Assembly (NCBI RefSeq): GCF_001194135.2
Contig: NC_068998.1
Location: 40,235,911 to 40,299,910 of the forward strand
Reading direction: 5' to 3'
Origin: Octopus bimaculoides
Taxonomy: Eukaryota
DNA length: 64,000 nucleotides
Shown: one piece after another, positions 40,215-53,085 of the stretch
Layout of the letters: each line of letters starts with the position of its first letter
Position numbering within the stretch: position 1 is the stretch's first letter
Program-made: the position numbers and the translations under genes
The notes under the pieces: generated by a model
Told to the model about the DNA's origin: nothing
Seen by the model: the letters and a program-made list of their open reading frames with translations, nothing else
The model's database searches: none

Positions 40215-40985
40215 GCTACATGAATAGATATTGTAATTGAATTAGCTACATGGTATAAAGTGTGGTTAGGTTAGCCACATGATATTTATTGTAATTAGGT
40301 TTAGCTACATGGTATATAATGTTGTTAGGTTATGTACATTGTGCATACTGTAGTTAGGTTAGCTACATGGTATATTTTGTAATTGGGGTTAGCTACATGA
40401 TGTATAGCATAATGTGGTTAGGTTAGCTACTTGCTCTAATGGTTTGTAGCATGGTTCAGAGTAGCTACATGGTGTATATTGTAGCTAAGTTAACTACATG
40501 GTATATAATGTAGTTAAGTTAGCAACATGGTATATATTGTGGTTAGGGTAGCTACAGAGCATATAGTGTGGCTAAGTTAGCTACATGGTCTAAAGTGTTG
40601 ATATGTTAGCCACATGATACATGGTGTGGTTAGGTTAGCTACATGGTCTATAATGTAGATAGGTTAGCTACATGGTGTATAGCAGTGGTTCTCAACCTTT
40701 TCACTATCAAGGACCCCTTTTATTTAAATGAGTTTTCGCACAGACCCCAGAATATTGAAAGGTCTGTCAGCTTAACATGTTCATGAACTCCTAGTATTAC
40801 CTTTGCAGACCACCAGGGGTCTGCAGTCCACAGGTTGGGAGCCACTGGTGCATAGGATGGTTTTGCTAGTTATATGGTGTATAGTGTGGTTAGATTAGCT
40901 GGTGCTCAGAGCAGCTACATGATATGTAGTGTAGTTTGAATAGCTTCATGGTATTCAGTATAGTTAGGTTAGTTACATGTTATAA
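40215..40985. repeat. Degenerate ~30-bp minisatellite (GGTTAGGTTAGCTACATGGTATATAGTGT), interrupted by the hAT MITE
   Basis: GCTACATGG recurs every 29-30 bp. Confidence 0.9.
40683..40847. mobile_element. hAT-Charlie type MITE (165 bp) inserted in a minisatellite
   Basis: TIRs CAGTGGTTCTCAACCT / AGGTTGGGAGCCACTG; 8-bp TSD GTGTATAG / GTGCATAG. Confidence 0.9.
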
Positions 40986-41141
40986 GTTCAGGTTTGGGAA
41001 TGGTTTAATGTGTGTGTGTGTGTGTGTGTACATATGAATTTGTGTATGCATGTCAACATATGTATGTAGTCTAGCATTATAAATTTGTACTTAACAGTAA
41101 ACTGTGTGTAATATATCTCTCACATGTGTTAGTTTGTCTGC

Positions 41142-41192
<51 letters not shown>

Positions 41193-42778
41193 TTCTCTGC
41201 ATATAGATAGATAGATATTACTAAACATCAATTTGAAGTCATATGAAAAGAATAAACCCACAGACATCAATCATATTTGGTATAGCACTGGAATAGTGGT
41301 AGTAGGAGCAGCAGCNNNNNNNNNNNNNNNNNNNNNNNNNNNNNNNNNNNNNNNNNNNNNNNNNNNNNNNNNNNNNNNNNNNNNNNNNNNNNNNNNNNNN
41401 NNNNNNNNNNNNNNNNNNNNNNNNNNNNNNNNNNNNNNNNNNNNNNNNNNNNNNNNNNNNNNNNNNNNNNNNNNNNNNNNNNNNNNNNNNNNNNNNNNNN
41501 NNNNNNNNNNNNNNNNNNNNNNNNNNNNNNNNNNNNNNNNNNNNNNNNNNNNNNNNNNNNGTCTGTTTCCCATCACTGGGTTTGTTCTTCCTCTTTTGAT
41601 TATTTCATATTAGTGTTTACAAATCTAAAATGTTTAATATTGTTTCTTCCAAAATTTTTTATCAGTGGATTCGTGTGTGTGTGTGTGCATATGAATATGT
41701 GTTATACTTTTGTATCCATGTGTATAACTATATATATTTATAGATAGATATAGATATCCCTTATATATGTATCTATGTTTCTATTATTTTTCATATATAA
41801 GTATATATTTATGTATATATATAAGGCAGCCAGTTGATAAAGTTGTGGGAGCATCGGTGAGAATATCCCATGGTATTTGTTCCAGCTCTCTGCATTGATG
41901 GCTCAGATGTGTCTCATTCTTTTAGAGCACCAATCCAAAGTGGTGAACCGATAGAATTGCAGGAGCATCAGACAAATGCTTTGTGGTATCTGTTTTGGCT
42001 TTTAGTGTTCTGACAGTAATTCTTGCAATAAGACTGGCACTAAGCTGTGTTGGTTAATTTCTTTTTGGTCATCATCGTTGTCATGGAGAGTGGACACATA
42101 TACGCATGAGCAGCAGCTGGTTTCCTATAAAAGAACATTGTCCAGGCAGGTACCACAGAGAGGAGCTTTGCAAGTGTGGGGTTACATTCTCACTAAACAT
42201 ATAGAGACCCAAATTTGTGTGAAACATCATCAACAGTGTCATAATTATCATAACTATCATCATCATCATGATCACCACTACCACCATCATCATCGTAGCA
42301 TCTATTTTTCCTTGTTTGCATGGGTCAGATGAAATTCGTTGAGTCAGATTTTCTATGGCTGGATGCTCTTCCTGTCACCAACTCTCACCTGTTTCCAAGC
42401 AAATTATTCTTTTCCCATGGCCAGGCATGGTTTTCAAGGCAGATTGGAATCAAACAACCTCACTTGTATGACGGTATGCTTGTTTACAACCATCGCTTGA
42501 TGTCAAGACAAGATATACATAAGTACACATATAGAAACACGTACATACTATGCATTTGTTATGCTTGGTTGTGAATTTCTTATATCTTTGTCTCATTATT
42601 CTGAGTTGTCTGTCATTCTTGTAAAGTGGAAAGTATGTGTGGACTTATAGTTTGTGAGGATCACTTACATTGGTGTTGTTTGGTTTTCTTTATAGGTGGT
42701 TTAATTAGGCTTAGATAATGCTTAGATATTAGTGTCTAGCTTTCTGAAGTTCTGTGGCATACCTACATACATACATAC

Positions 42779-42893
<115 letters not shown>

Positions 42894-42896
42894 CTT

Positions 42897-42937
<41 letters not shown>

Positions 42938-44049
42938 CATATATGATGAGCTCCTTTCAGTTTCTGTCTTCCAAACCCACTCACAAGGCTTTGGTCAGCC
43001 TAGAACAATATCAGAAGGCACTTGCCCAGGGTGCAGTGGAACTAACCTAAAACTACACAGTTGTCTAGCAAGCTTCTTAACAGCACACCTACACTTGTAC
43101 CTAGGGGAAATCATAGTTTTGACAGTGCCAACAATACAAACTTGCACCTACAGATTTATTTGCAGCTTATTTAAGATTCAGTCAACATCACATCTATTCA
43201 TTGACTGCATAATCAATAGCAGCCCTACATTACCCAACTCCCTAGAGTGGTGGCAGCAAATTTCACGATTTATAAACCTTTTGGAAAAGGTATGGTGCAA
43301 AAACAGCTGCCTTCTTGCGAGTATATATTGTTTTGCCAATAGTGAGTGGCCTTACAACATGGATTCTAGTCATCCACATTCTGAACTGACCATTCTTCAC
43401 TATTATACTGTATGACAACAGAAGTAAACATTATACAAGAACTGAAGTAACCCAAATAATGCACACTTTCTAAGCACATTCTATTATAAAACAATGCACT
43501 CTGCTCTAAAGATCATCATCACATGGTGTTACAGCTTGAAAGATCTGCTTTATCAGCTTTCGTTAATAGCTTTCATCTCAAGAAAACAATGCTTTTGTTT
43601 TACAGAGTCTGTCAAGAGATCACCAATGGCTCTTACTATACAGGGCCCTGTTTCAGTAGTTTTCATCAACTGCTCTTATCTCAATAGAATGATGTAATTC
43701 TCTCATTTTCTTGTGCATCTTGCCTCAATGAAACACTAATGGCTCCTGCATATCTCCTTTGTAAACTGAATATTATGGAAACAATTATGAAGCCTGGAAT
43801 CATTTTCGCCTGGCATAGACAAACCATCTACTGCTTCAGCAGCTATCACAACCTGCATATTCTTTTGTCAGATTATCAGTGTCACAAGAACCGAGCCATT
43901 TGACATTTGCTGTATCAATGGGAACCAAGAGAATTTCCACTTCCTTGTGACAGATTATTTCATTTAGTTAGTTTTATATGAGGCATGTTTTAGATTAATA
44001 CACCTTATCTAATTCCTGTCAGTTCCCATAAAATTATGTTTATTTATTC

Positions 44050-45430
44050 CAGGGATGTCAAACTTAATCGCACAGGGGGCCAAAACTCAGAGTACACTTT
44101 AGGTTGTGAGCCAAACAGGATAAACATTTATTAAACAGACTAAAACTTTTTGAACATGAACATGTATTGAAACAGATGGTATATAATGTTATTCCAAAAA
44201 TAAATTAACTTTAACTTAAATTACTTAATATATTTTGCTCTGCATAAAAATATCTCCTGTCAAAATTATAAAAATTTAAAATAAGAACATGTTGCAAACA
44301 ATAAAAAAAAAGAAAATATAAATTAAAAAAAAATGTGCTTTTTAGTGAAAATTAAAATAATAAATCAAAGCTTTCAATTTTCTTTATGCAATTTTGTCCA
44401 AGCTACATACTTGGCATCTTTTCTTGGCAATGAGTTCATTGAAGTTTGGGGCAAGGTTCTGTGTTGTTGAGAGACTATCAGGATGGATTGCAGGTGTTCA
44501 TCTGTCACACATTTTCATCATGCAACTCTTCACAAACTCTCCTTCAGTAAATAGCTGGGCTGACTTTGCGATCTCCTCTGCCACAATAAAACTTGGTTTA
44601 GTAGCAGCTTCTCTTTGTGATTTTGCTTTGGTTAAAAAGGTCTGTTGTAATGTGAGATACCTCTTCAACTTGTCTACCTTTCGTTGCTTCTGCTCAACAG
44701 GGAGGTATTTATACTGGTCCTGATGTTTTGTCTTGTGGTGGCATTTGAGATTACACTCTTTAATTACAGCAACATTAGCGCCACAATTAAGACACATGGG
44801 TTTGCCATCAATGTCAATAAACATGTACTCAGTTTCCCACTGGATTTGAAAGGCTCTGTTTCCAGCATTGGCTTTTCTCTTGGCCATTGATATAAATAGC
44901 TACTACTACTGAATGACGTCATGTGAAAATGTTCACCCGAAAGAGTGGTAAGGTGGCTGTTGCAGTGCATTATGGGATTAGTAGATTTTGCATCATCAGC
45001 GCTTCACAACATGCGAGTAGAGAATCAAAGGAGGCATTTCTCAGCATGCTTTGTTGCAATTACATTTAAGACTTGTGATTGTGTTATCATGCCTCTTTAG
45101 TGTGTTTTTTTGTACAGACAGAGTGTAATAGTTACAATAGTGTTGTTTCTAGTCATGTATTAAATTATTGCTACTTTTGGTGACACCCTTATTAAGAAAG
45201 GTAGTGCAGTCGGTGCTATATATAATGTAAAGGCCTGCTTTAGCCATACACACTATGTATGTGCAGTTGTAACAAGAAGGTATGGGTGTTGCTGAGGGCA
45301 GCAAAGTACTTTCTTTGCTGATGTCGCCATTTGGACCAATTTCATGGTGATATCAAAATGGTCCCATGGGACAGATGAAATTGCTGCATGGGCTGGAATT
45401 GGCCCACGGGCCAGGAGTTTGACATGTCTG
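44050..45430 (-). mobile_element. Internally deleted hAT (Charlie/SPIN/GTF2IRD2-like) DNA transposon
   Basis: 15-bp TIRs CAGGGATGTCAAACT / AGTTTGACATGTCTG; 8-bp TSD ATTTATTC / ATTTATTT; ORF 44498-44887 encodes the zinc-finger N-terminus (CLNC...HHKTKH...FTEGEFVKSCMMKMCD) fused to the C-terminal TDEHLQSIL..STTQNLAPNFNELIAKKRCQ. Confidence 0.9.
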
Positions 45431-45748
45431 ATTTATTTTGTTGAACTTTTTTTCTTTTTTGTGCCACTCTAAGAGGAAACTTAATTCATGAACACACATA
45501 AATTGCCTGGTAAACGCTGATGCTCAAATGTCTTACCATAAACTACTGTTTAATTACGATTTAACTGGTGTTTTAAATTACTTTAAATAATAGTTTTTCC
45601 ACCACTTAGACTGGACAGGTGTATACTGCTACCAGAAAGTGTGTGTTTGTGTGTGGGGGTTTGTATTTAAACATACATAAAATAAGGTACTTTTGATGCC
45701 TTTCCTTAATGCCTGCTTTGTCTGTATGTGTGTGCGTGTGTGTGTATC

Positions 45749-45793
<45 letters not shown>

Positions 45794-46359
45794 TTTTATT
45801 GAAGCTGACAAGACTTCCCAAACTTTAAGTCAGAGTTTTATGCAACCAATCATCAGACAGCCATTAGCAAAGAGCCCATGCCACATTGTCCCTTTTAGCC
45901 TTTTCTGATGATTGTTGGGGTTTTATAAAGTTGTATGAAAAGGATTGGTAAATTTGCTGTTATGAGAATATAATATTGAATTTTATTAATAATAATACAT
46001 ACACACACACACACACATACATATACATCCATATGTTTACATATGTATATATACATGTATTTATGTATATATACACATTACACTTTAATTTTAATGAATG
46101 TGTATCATTGATAAGTCAGAGGTTGCACTGGTTCTCTCAGGAAAGATTCCTTTATAAATGTAGTGTGTTAAAAGCGCAATATACTTAAATAATATATATA
46201 TATTTTTACACAATACATCTATAAGAGGATCTTTCCTAAGATGATCAGTGTAGCATCTGACTTTTCAATGTTATAGATGCATCAAGTAAATCATCTACAT
46301 AAAAATTTTAATTTTAAGCTACTGCATAATTTGAACACTCACACATATCTTTGAACACT

Positions 46360-46405
<46 letters not shown>

Positions 46406-46430
46406 ATAGAAAACAACATAGCTCAGTGAT

Positions 46431-47129
46431 ACATTATTTACAATGGATGGATAGGTATCCTCACCTTGTTTGTTGTTACCACGTTTCGGCTGATGTACTC
46501 TTCAACTTTCATCTGGTGTTCTGGTGGAATTTTAAACCCAACCCATTATTTGACTAATGGGGTACTCTGTTCTTATTTCTAACGTATTCTTTTTTTTTTT
46601 TTTTGCTGATGTTATTTTTCATTGACATTATTTCCCAAGTCCCTGTCTGGGATTGAATTCAGAATCTTAGGGTTTGTAGCCCACACTCTTATCCACTATG
46701 CTATATGCCTGTAGGCAATTATAGAGTGAAGTTTTGGGCTTATAAACCTAATATCTTATCTTTTCTTAATATCTGTTCCCATATTGCATTTATATCTGCA
46801 CTAAGTCTGCTTAGGAGGTTATCGTGTCCTAGCATATGTGCTGCTTCTTTTAATTTTTGTATTTTCCAGTGGTGTTCTCCGTCTATTATTTCAACTTCAT
46901 TCCACAGGGGGAGGTGGTCTCTGTTTTTTCATACATGATCAGCTATACCCAATTTTTCAATATCCCCTCATGTCACAGCTTTACGATGTTCCTCTACCCT
47001 TATTTTAATGGGGTGGCATGTTTCGCCTTTGTATGACCTACTGCAACTGCATGAGATGGAGCACATGCAGTCATATTCTCTGCGGTCCGTTGTAAATAAT
47101 GTACATAATTCCTCATCTCAAAAATATAG
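46431..47129 (-). mobile_element. 5'-truncated Penelope-like retroelement (C-terminal GIY-YIG endonuclease remnant plus 3' pseudo-LTR)
   Basis: Minus-strand translation with a frameshift and stops: SISCSCSRSYKGETCHP..RVEEHRKAV*GDIEKLGIADHV*KNRDHLPLWNEVEIIDGEHHWKIQKLKEAAHMLG, matching the PLE GIY-YIG pattern. Flanked by an exact 14-bp direct repeat CATAGCTCAGTGAT (46417-46430, 47130-47143), a putative TSD. Confidence 0.85.
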
Positions 47130-47539
47130 CATAGCTCAGTGATCTTTTCAAAATTTTATTTGCTTTGCTTTACACTTGTTTCCATTTATATTTCAAAAAT
47201 TGTTCCTGATGAAATGACCTGTTCATCATATCCAACTAAATTTGTTGATTATGTATTAATTATATAATGATTATATGGTTGTTGATAGTTGCACTTAAAC
47301 CATGGAAACAACTGTAGAGCAAAACAAATGGAATTTTGAAATATCACTGAAATCTTTGCTTTCTGTTCTTCCTAATATTCTGCTCTGAATATTTGTTTTT
47401 GCCACTTTTATACAAATTCATTCCTGTTATAGCTATTGCATTGAAGTAATAATATAATGGAGCTTAACAACATGTTAAAGAATTGATCTCTTCAATTCCA
47501 TGGATATCTGTTTCCAGTGCTTAAGCACTAATTCAAAAT

Positions 47540-47581
<42 letters not shown>

Positions 47582-47627
47582 AAGAGATGCATACGTATAT
47601 ATGTATATATGCACATGTATACATACA

Positions 47628-47680
<53 letters not shown>

Positions 47681-49033
47681 TATGCATATATACATATGTA
47701 CAAACATACACTCGCACACACATATATATGCATATAGATATAAATATATATAAATAGTTGTGTATAAATATAGATATATAATGTGTGTGTATACACAGAC
47801 ACACACACACATACATATTTATACACACACACACACACATACATATATTTATATGTATACACATATGCGCACTCATGCATATACATACACGTGCACATGT
47901 ATGCATACTCTCTGATGGATAGAGGTAGGTAAATACGTATGTATATAAGTAAGTACATGCCACAACAACCTAACCTGCAATCTATCTCCGTTGTAAACCA
48001 TACTCACCAATTTAATACTTCATAAACATTCCTGTCAGAGATCTTAGTTCACTTGTTCATCTCTTATCAGATTACTGTCTTTTTATTTTTATTTTTATTC
48101 CTGACATGGCTCCACTGGTTTGAATTTCAAATGTAATTATTGGTTTCATTTTAAATTCCCCTTGCTTCTCTTGTCAGACGGACTTTTGGTGAAGTAAGTC
48201 ACCACAAGATTTATATGAAGTCTATTGGTCATTTATTAGATTTGTTAAAGTTTGTTACTCATACCATTTCATTTGGTGGTATTGTGAATTTAAAACAATG
48301 TAAATTTGGTTAATGGTATTGAAATTGTAGAACTGTTCACTGCATTGACGAGCCCTTGGAGTCAAAGGTGCATTTCTTTAAAGTAAACCACTTGTGATAA
48401 TATCCAAAATATAATTTAGTTTCACTGTGTAAAGAATTTTGTGTTAAATCTAACTTTATGGAAGAAACTGGAATTTAGCAAAAACTACCAAAATTTCACA
48501 ATTTTAAGTTTATTTATTTATTTGCAGTTTCATCAGTGAATGAAAGGCAGCATCTGTGGCCTCTTTTGTAGGGCCTTGAGATTTGTGGAAGGATGAGGAA
48601 TGAATAGTACAAATTATTGCAACTGATTAGATGCTATTACAGAAAACCTAGAACCAAATCTTGGTCAGTCTCCTTTGCATTTAAACAACTACAAGTTATA
48701 TTTAGGTGCAAGTTATGTCCATTTATGTTTCAAGTTCCACTCCGTTTCACTTACCCTGTTAATGTTGTTGTTTAGCACAAGTCAGCTCTGAACTATTTTC
48801 ATAGGTGTTCCTGCTGTGACTATCCAGTGTCTTTGTATATCAAGAATTATATCATTTCAACAGGACAGTTTTCTTTTAAGATGGTAGGGTATGATTTGAC
48901 AGATATCTGGCTGCTCTTTCTAACTAGGCTCATTATATCTTTGTTATTCAGTTTCATAAGTGTAATGACCTTTTTTTAAGTAATCATTTCTATTGTAGCT
49001 GTAATATCTTTCTAGAATATCATTTATTGCTAT

Positions 49034-49250
49034 TAAGGTGGTGAACTGGCAGAAACGTTAGCACGCCAGGCGAAAAGCTTAGAGGTATTTCGTCTGCCTT
49101 TACGTTCTGAGTTCAAATTCCACCGAGGTTGACTTTGCCTTTCATCCTTTTTGGATCAATAAATTAAGTACCAATTGCGTACTGGGGTCGATCTAATTGA
49201 CTGGCCCTCTCCCCCAAAATTTCAGGCCTTGTGCCTAGAATAGAAAAGAA
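49034..49250 (+). mobile_element. tRNA-derived SINE family B (GACTTTGCCTTTCATCC core), well-preserved copy
   Basis: A-box-like TGGCAGAAACG and B-box GAGTTCAAATTCC; tail TGGCCTTGTGCC(T/A)A..AGAA plus (ATT)n. Further copies: 3054-3270, 3400-3480, 10935-11070, 13612-13665(-), 29085-29345, 29625-29815(-), 33500-33620, 34735-35058(-, x2), 36020-36190, 41825-42050, 52358-52590, 53293-54205 (array). Confidence 0.85.
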
Positions 49251-49475
49251 TATCATTTATTGCTTTCATTGTCATATCCTTCTTGTATTGTTACATTTGT
49301 GATATTCCACACCTTGCAGTGTTATAGCTGTGTTGATCAAGATATTTCCCCATTTATTAATGTGATATTCTCTTAAGCATGTTAATACCAGTGATACTGT
49401 GTTGATGTCTTCATCAGTGTCATCCAAATCACCTCAAATATTGCCACTGATGCCACCCATTGTCATTCTACTACT

Positions 49476-49508
<33 letters not shown>

Positions 49509-49539
49509 TCTCTCTCTCTCTCTCCCTCTCTCTCTCTCT

Positions 49540-49585
<46 letters not shown>

Positions 49586-49875
49586 TGAATACATTGATGC
49601 TGGCATTACAGGAAGTGACCATACTTCAGCTGCACTCATCATGCTTTCTAAGTACCATCAGCTTCTGCAAAACTATTTGCTTGTCTCCCTCTCTTTTTTT
49701 ATATATCTTCCTCACTCTCTCTCTCTCTCTCTTTCTTTCTCTTTCTCCCATTCTTTTACTTTCTCTTTTTCATTCATTTACTAGCTTCACTTTCTCAGGC
49801 ATACACACTCTCTCTTTCTCTCTGTCTCCCTCTTTCTCCATATCTTGCTCTCTTATTCATTCACTCCTTTACTTG

Positions 49876-49907
<32 letters not shown>

Positions 49908-50448
49908 CACACACACATGCGCGCACATACACACACTGTTTATCTCCCCCTGTCAATATGGAGTACCATCCAAGTAACAAAAGGTACCCTGTGGTTATCA
50001 GGGCTGGCGAAATGTTATATTATCTCTCAAAACTGAAGCCTCCTCCATCAACCAGTAAAGTTTGTTATTCTTTACAAGAAGCCAGCTATATTACAGATAT
50101 ACCATTATCTTCTGTACCATTCTTCTAATTCTATAACAATTATAATTAACTCTTAAAGCTGGCTGATTAATGCTACACTTGTTTGAGATACCAAGTGGTC
50201 ATTTATTAATCGTTTTATTCCTTTATTCCTTTCATTTGATGCATTTATTATTGTCATTATCATCCACACTGATAAGGGTTTAGATTCTTAATGTATTTGC
50301 TGCGTTTATTACTGGATAACAAAATATATTACCACCTCTCCAGCTTTTCCATTTAACTGGAATTTTGATTTTTTTTTTTAAGGGATGTTTTGAGTTTTGG
50401 TGGGTGGGGGTCAGATTATCAAAATTTTACAGGTGTTTAACCTCTTAA

Positions 50449-50837
50449 TGTGGAGGCACAATGGCCCAGTGGTTAGGGCAGCAGACTCGCAGTCATAGGA
50501 TCACGGTTTCGATTCCCAGACCGGGCGTTGTGAGTGTTTATTGAGAGAAAACACCTAAAGCTCCACGAGGCTCCGGCAGGGGATGGTGGCAAACCCTGCT
50601 GTACTCTTTCACCACAACTTTCTCTCACTCTTTCTTCCTGTTTCTGTTGTACCTGTATTTCAAAGGGCCAGCCTTGTTACACTCTGTGTCACGCTGAATC
50701 TTCCTGAGAACTACTTTAAGGGTACACGTGTCTGTGGAGTGCTCAGCCACTTGCACGTTAATTTCACGAGCAGGCTGTTCTGTTGATCAGATCAACTGGA
50801 ACCCTCGACGTCGTAAGCGATGGAGTGCCAACAACAA
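50449..50837 (+). mobile_element. Full-length young tRNA-derived SINE (family E), 389 bp, 11-bp TSD
   Basis: A box TGGCCCAGTGG, B box GTTTCGATTCC, (CAA)n tail, TSD TAACCTCTTAA (50438-50448, 50838-50848). Confidence 0.9.
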
Positions 50838-50884
50838 TAACCTCTTAACCAATTAAGTCTGACTTACAAATTCACCAAGTGTCC

Positions 50885-51330
50885 CCTAACTATTACTCCA
50901 TTGGTGACCTCACCAACACTCTTTAATCGGTGACCCCCAAATCATCAACAGTCCTTAACATTGGCCCCAATTCACCCATGCTTCCTAATCATTGGCTTTG
51001 AATTGTCAACACTTCCTATCCATTGGTCCCCAAATCACCAATGCTCCCTAATCACTGTCCCCAGTTCACGAGCCCTCTTTAAGAACTGGCCCCAATTCAC
51101 CAGAACTCCTTAACCATTAGCCCCAATTCATCAACACTCCCTAACTGCTGGCCCCAGTTCACTAATATTCCTTAGCCCCCAACTCACCAACACTTTCTAA
51201 CTGCTGCCCCAATTCGCTAACATTCCATAATCATTGGCTCCAAATCAGCTACACCCCATACTCATTGGCCCCATTTTACCAACACTCTCCAATTATTAGC
51301 TTCATATCACCAACACTCCCTAATCACTGG
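50885..51330. repeat. Degenerate ~31-bp minisatellite (CCCCAATTCACCAACACTCCCTAATCATTGG), about 14 units
   Basis: CCCCAA(A/T)TCAC recurs every ~31 bp. Confidence 0.9.
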
Positions 51331-52676
51331 CAGCTGCCACTGCCACTGAAATAGGGGATGTTTGTCAAAATGCCATTTACTGAATTGCAGCACTGAGCTA
51401 CAAAAGTGCTGAGAACCACAAAGCTTGGTGCACTTACCATTTGAGCGTCAGATGTTTTGAACTCACATACAATACAGTGATGGTTACAGGATATGAACTA
51501 CTAAAGTCTTGTTTGTTTGTCTAACATGCTATTGTCTTGGTTAGCCGTTCATTCTTTACACGATATAACCACAAGCTACAACCTTCAGTCCTTCTGACGA
51601 GAACCTAATGACCATTACTTCAATGTGTCTCCTTTAATACATCAACTCAAACTCACTTGTTCTTCTCCGATGTAACCAATCCTTTCTTAAGACGTCAGAC
51701 TGCAGTGACAAGATTACACCGTTTTCACATAATCTCCTTAATTGAACAAAAAGCGATTGTATCTGCAAAGGTCTAACTGGAACTCACCACTACAACCACC
51801 ACCTCTACCATCACCACTGCAATCCTCTTAGTGTTTGCTGTGAAAGGAGACTAATCTCAGCTCTAAGACATTTCAGACTGATTAATCAACACACACTTAC
51901 ACACATGCACACAGCAATTCTATCACAACCTCCTACTCTTTCTGTTTGTTCTCCTCTTCCTTCTCTCTCTTCTTTTTGTATTCCCCACCTCTTTCTTTCT
52001 CTCTCTCTCTGTCAAATGATAAGTGCCAATCAAACTAGATCGTTTGATTTACATTAGCTTTAATTAACGGCCTCTCGTTGACTGACGACAAAATTGGTCA
52101 AAAGTGTTATGTTACAACCTGTTACAGTGTTTGTAAAAATCTTGCTGTAGTGTTTATGCTTGCATTATAATAATAATAATTATTATTATTTAACAAATAA
52201 ATAAATCATCAACCTCAGGATCACCATGATGATGATGATCATCATCTTCAATGTAAGCCCAACATTTTGTATAATTTCACCTTTTGTTCCCTCATCCAAC
52301 ACCCTTATTGCAATAAAAGAAGCCATTATTATTATTATTATCATTTATTATTTTTTTAAGGCAGTGAGCTAGCAGAATCATTAGCACACTGGTCAAAATT
52401 CTTAGTGGTATTTCACTCATTACTACATTCTGAGTTCAAATTCTGCCAAGGTTGACTTTGCCCTACATCCTTTTGGAATCGATAAATTAAGTACAGTAAA
52501 ACACTGGGGTTGATGTAATCAACTAGTCCTCTCCGCCAAAATTTCAGGCCTTGTGCCTATAGTACAAAGGATTATTATTATTATTATTATTTACTTTTAA
52601 TCTGCATGTTTGTTACAATCACTTGCTGAGACATACCCAGCATCCTTGGGTAAGTGAAGGATAAGAGATGTTACAG

Positions 52677-53085
52677 TGTTGTAGTGAAAATGGTACTCCC
52701 CTTCTCACATGACAAAGTGGTATGAAGAAGCCACTATAAAGCCAGACAGTCAGTCGTTGTAGGAAGTCAGTAGTAGTAGAGTCGTTGTATGAGTTCTCAG
52801 TTGGAGTCAGTGTCAGTTACGCGATGTATACGAGTTCAAGTTACTGTCAAGGTAGACATTTCAAAGTCATTGTCTTGCGGAGATATCAGTGATAGCATGA
52901 TAGACAAGTCAAAGCTAAATAGACACGAAATGCCATTACAACATAATAGTAGTGACAAGAATATTGCAGTGCCAACAATAACATACAAGTGGACAAGGAT
53001 CCACATTAAAAGATACAGTATGACTGAAAGCTTGGGGAGGAGAAGTAACAGGGGCAGTGGTGAAATATCTTCATGTAATACAACA
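52677..53085 (+). mobile_element. Possible solo LTR
   Basis: Perfect 7-bp terminal inverted repeat TGTTGTA...TACAACA, internal CTATAAA and ATTAAA; only a 3-4-bp flanking match (CAG/ACAG), so the TSD is weak. Confidence 0.4.

Noticed and set aside
43380-43920. Moderately GC-rich stretch that might be a decayed coding sequence
   Set aside because: Minus-strand frames are short and I recognised no motif.
47200-47310. CTGATGA ... GAAACAACTGTA, a possible second hammerhead
   Set aside because: Core halves are ~85 nt apart with no convincing stem II or stem I.
48527-48665. Good acceptor followed by a weak donor
   Set aside because: Stops in all three frames; no other support.
50449-50525. tRNA gene
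   Set aside because: A/B boxes present but no proper cloverleaf; it is the head of a TSD-bounded SINE. The same applies to the other tRNA-like heads.
50885-51330. CRISPR-like array
   Set aside because: Contiguous degenerate tandem units with no unique spacers, no cas genes, eukaryotic context.
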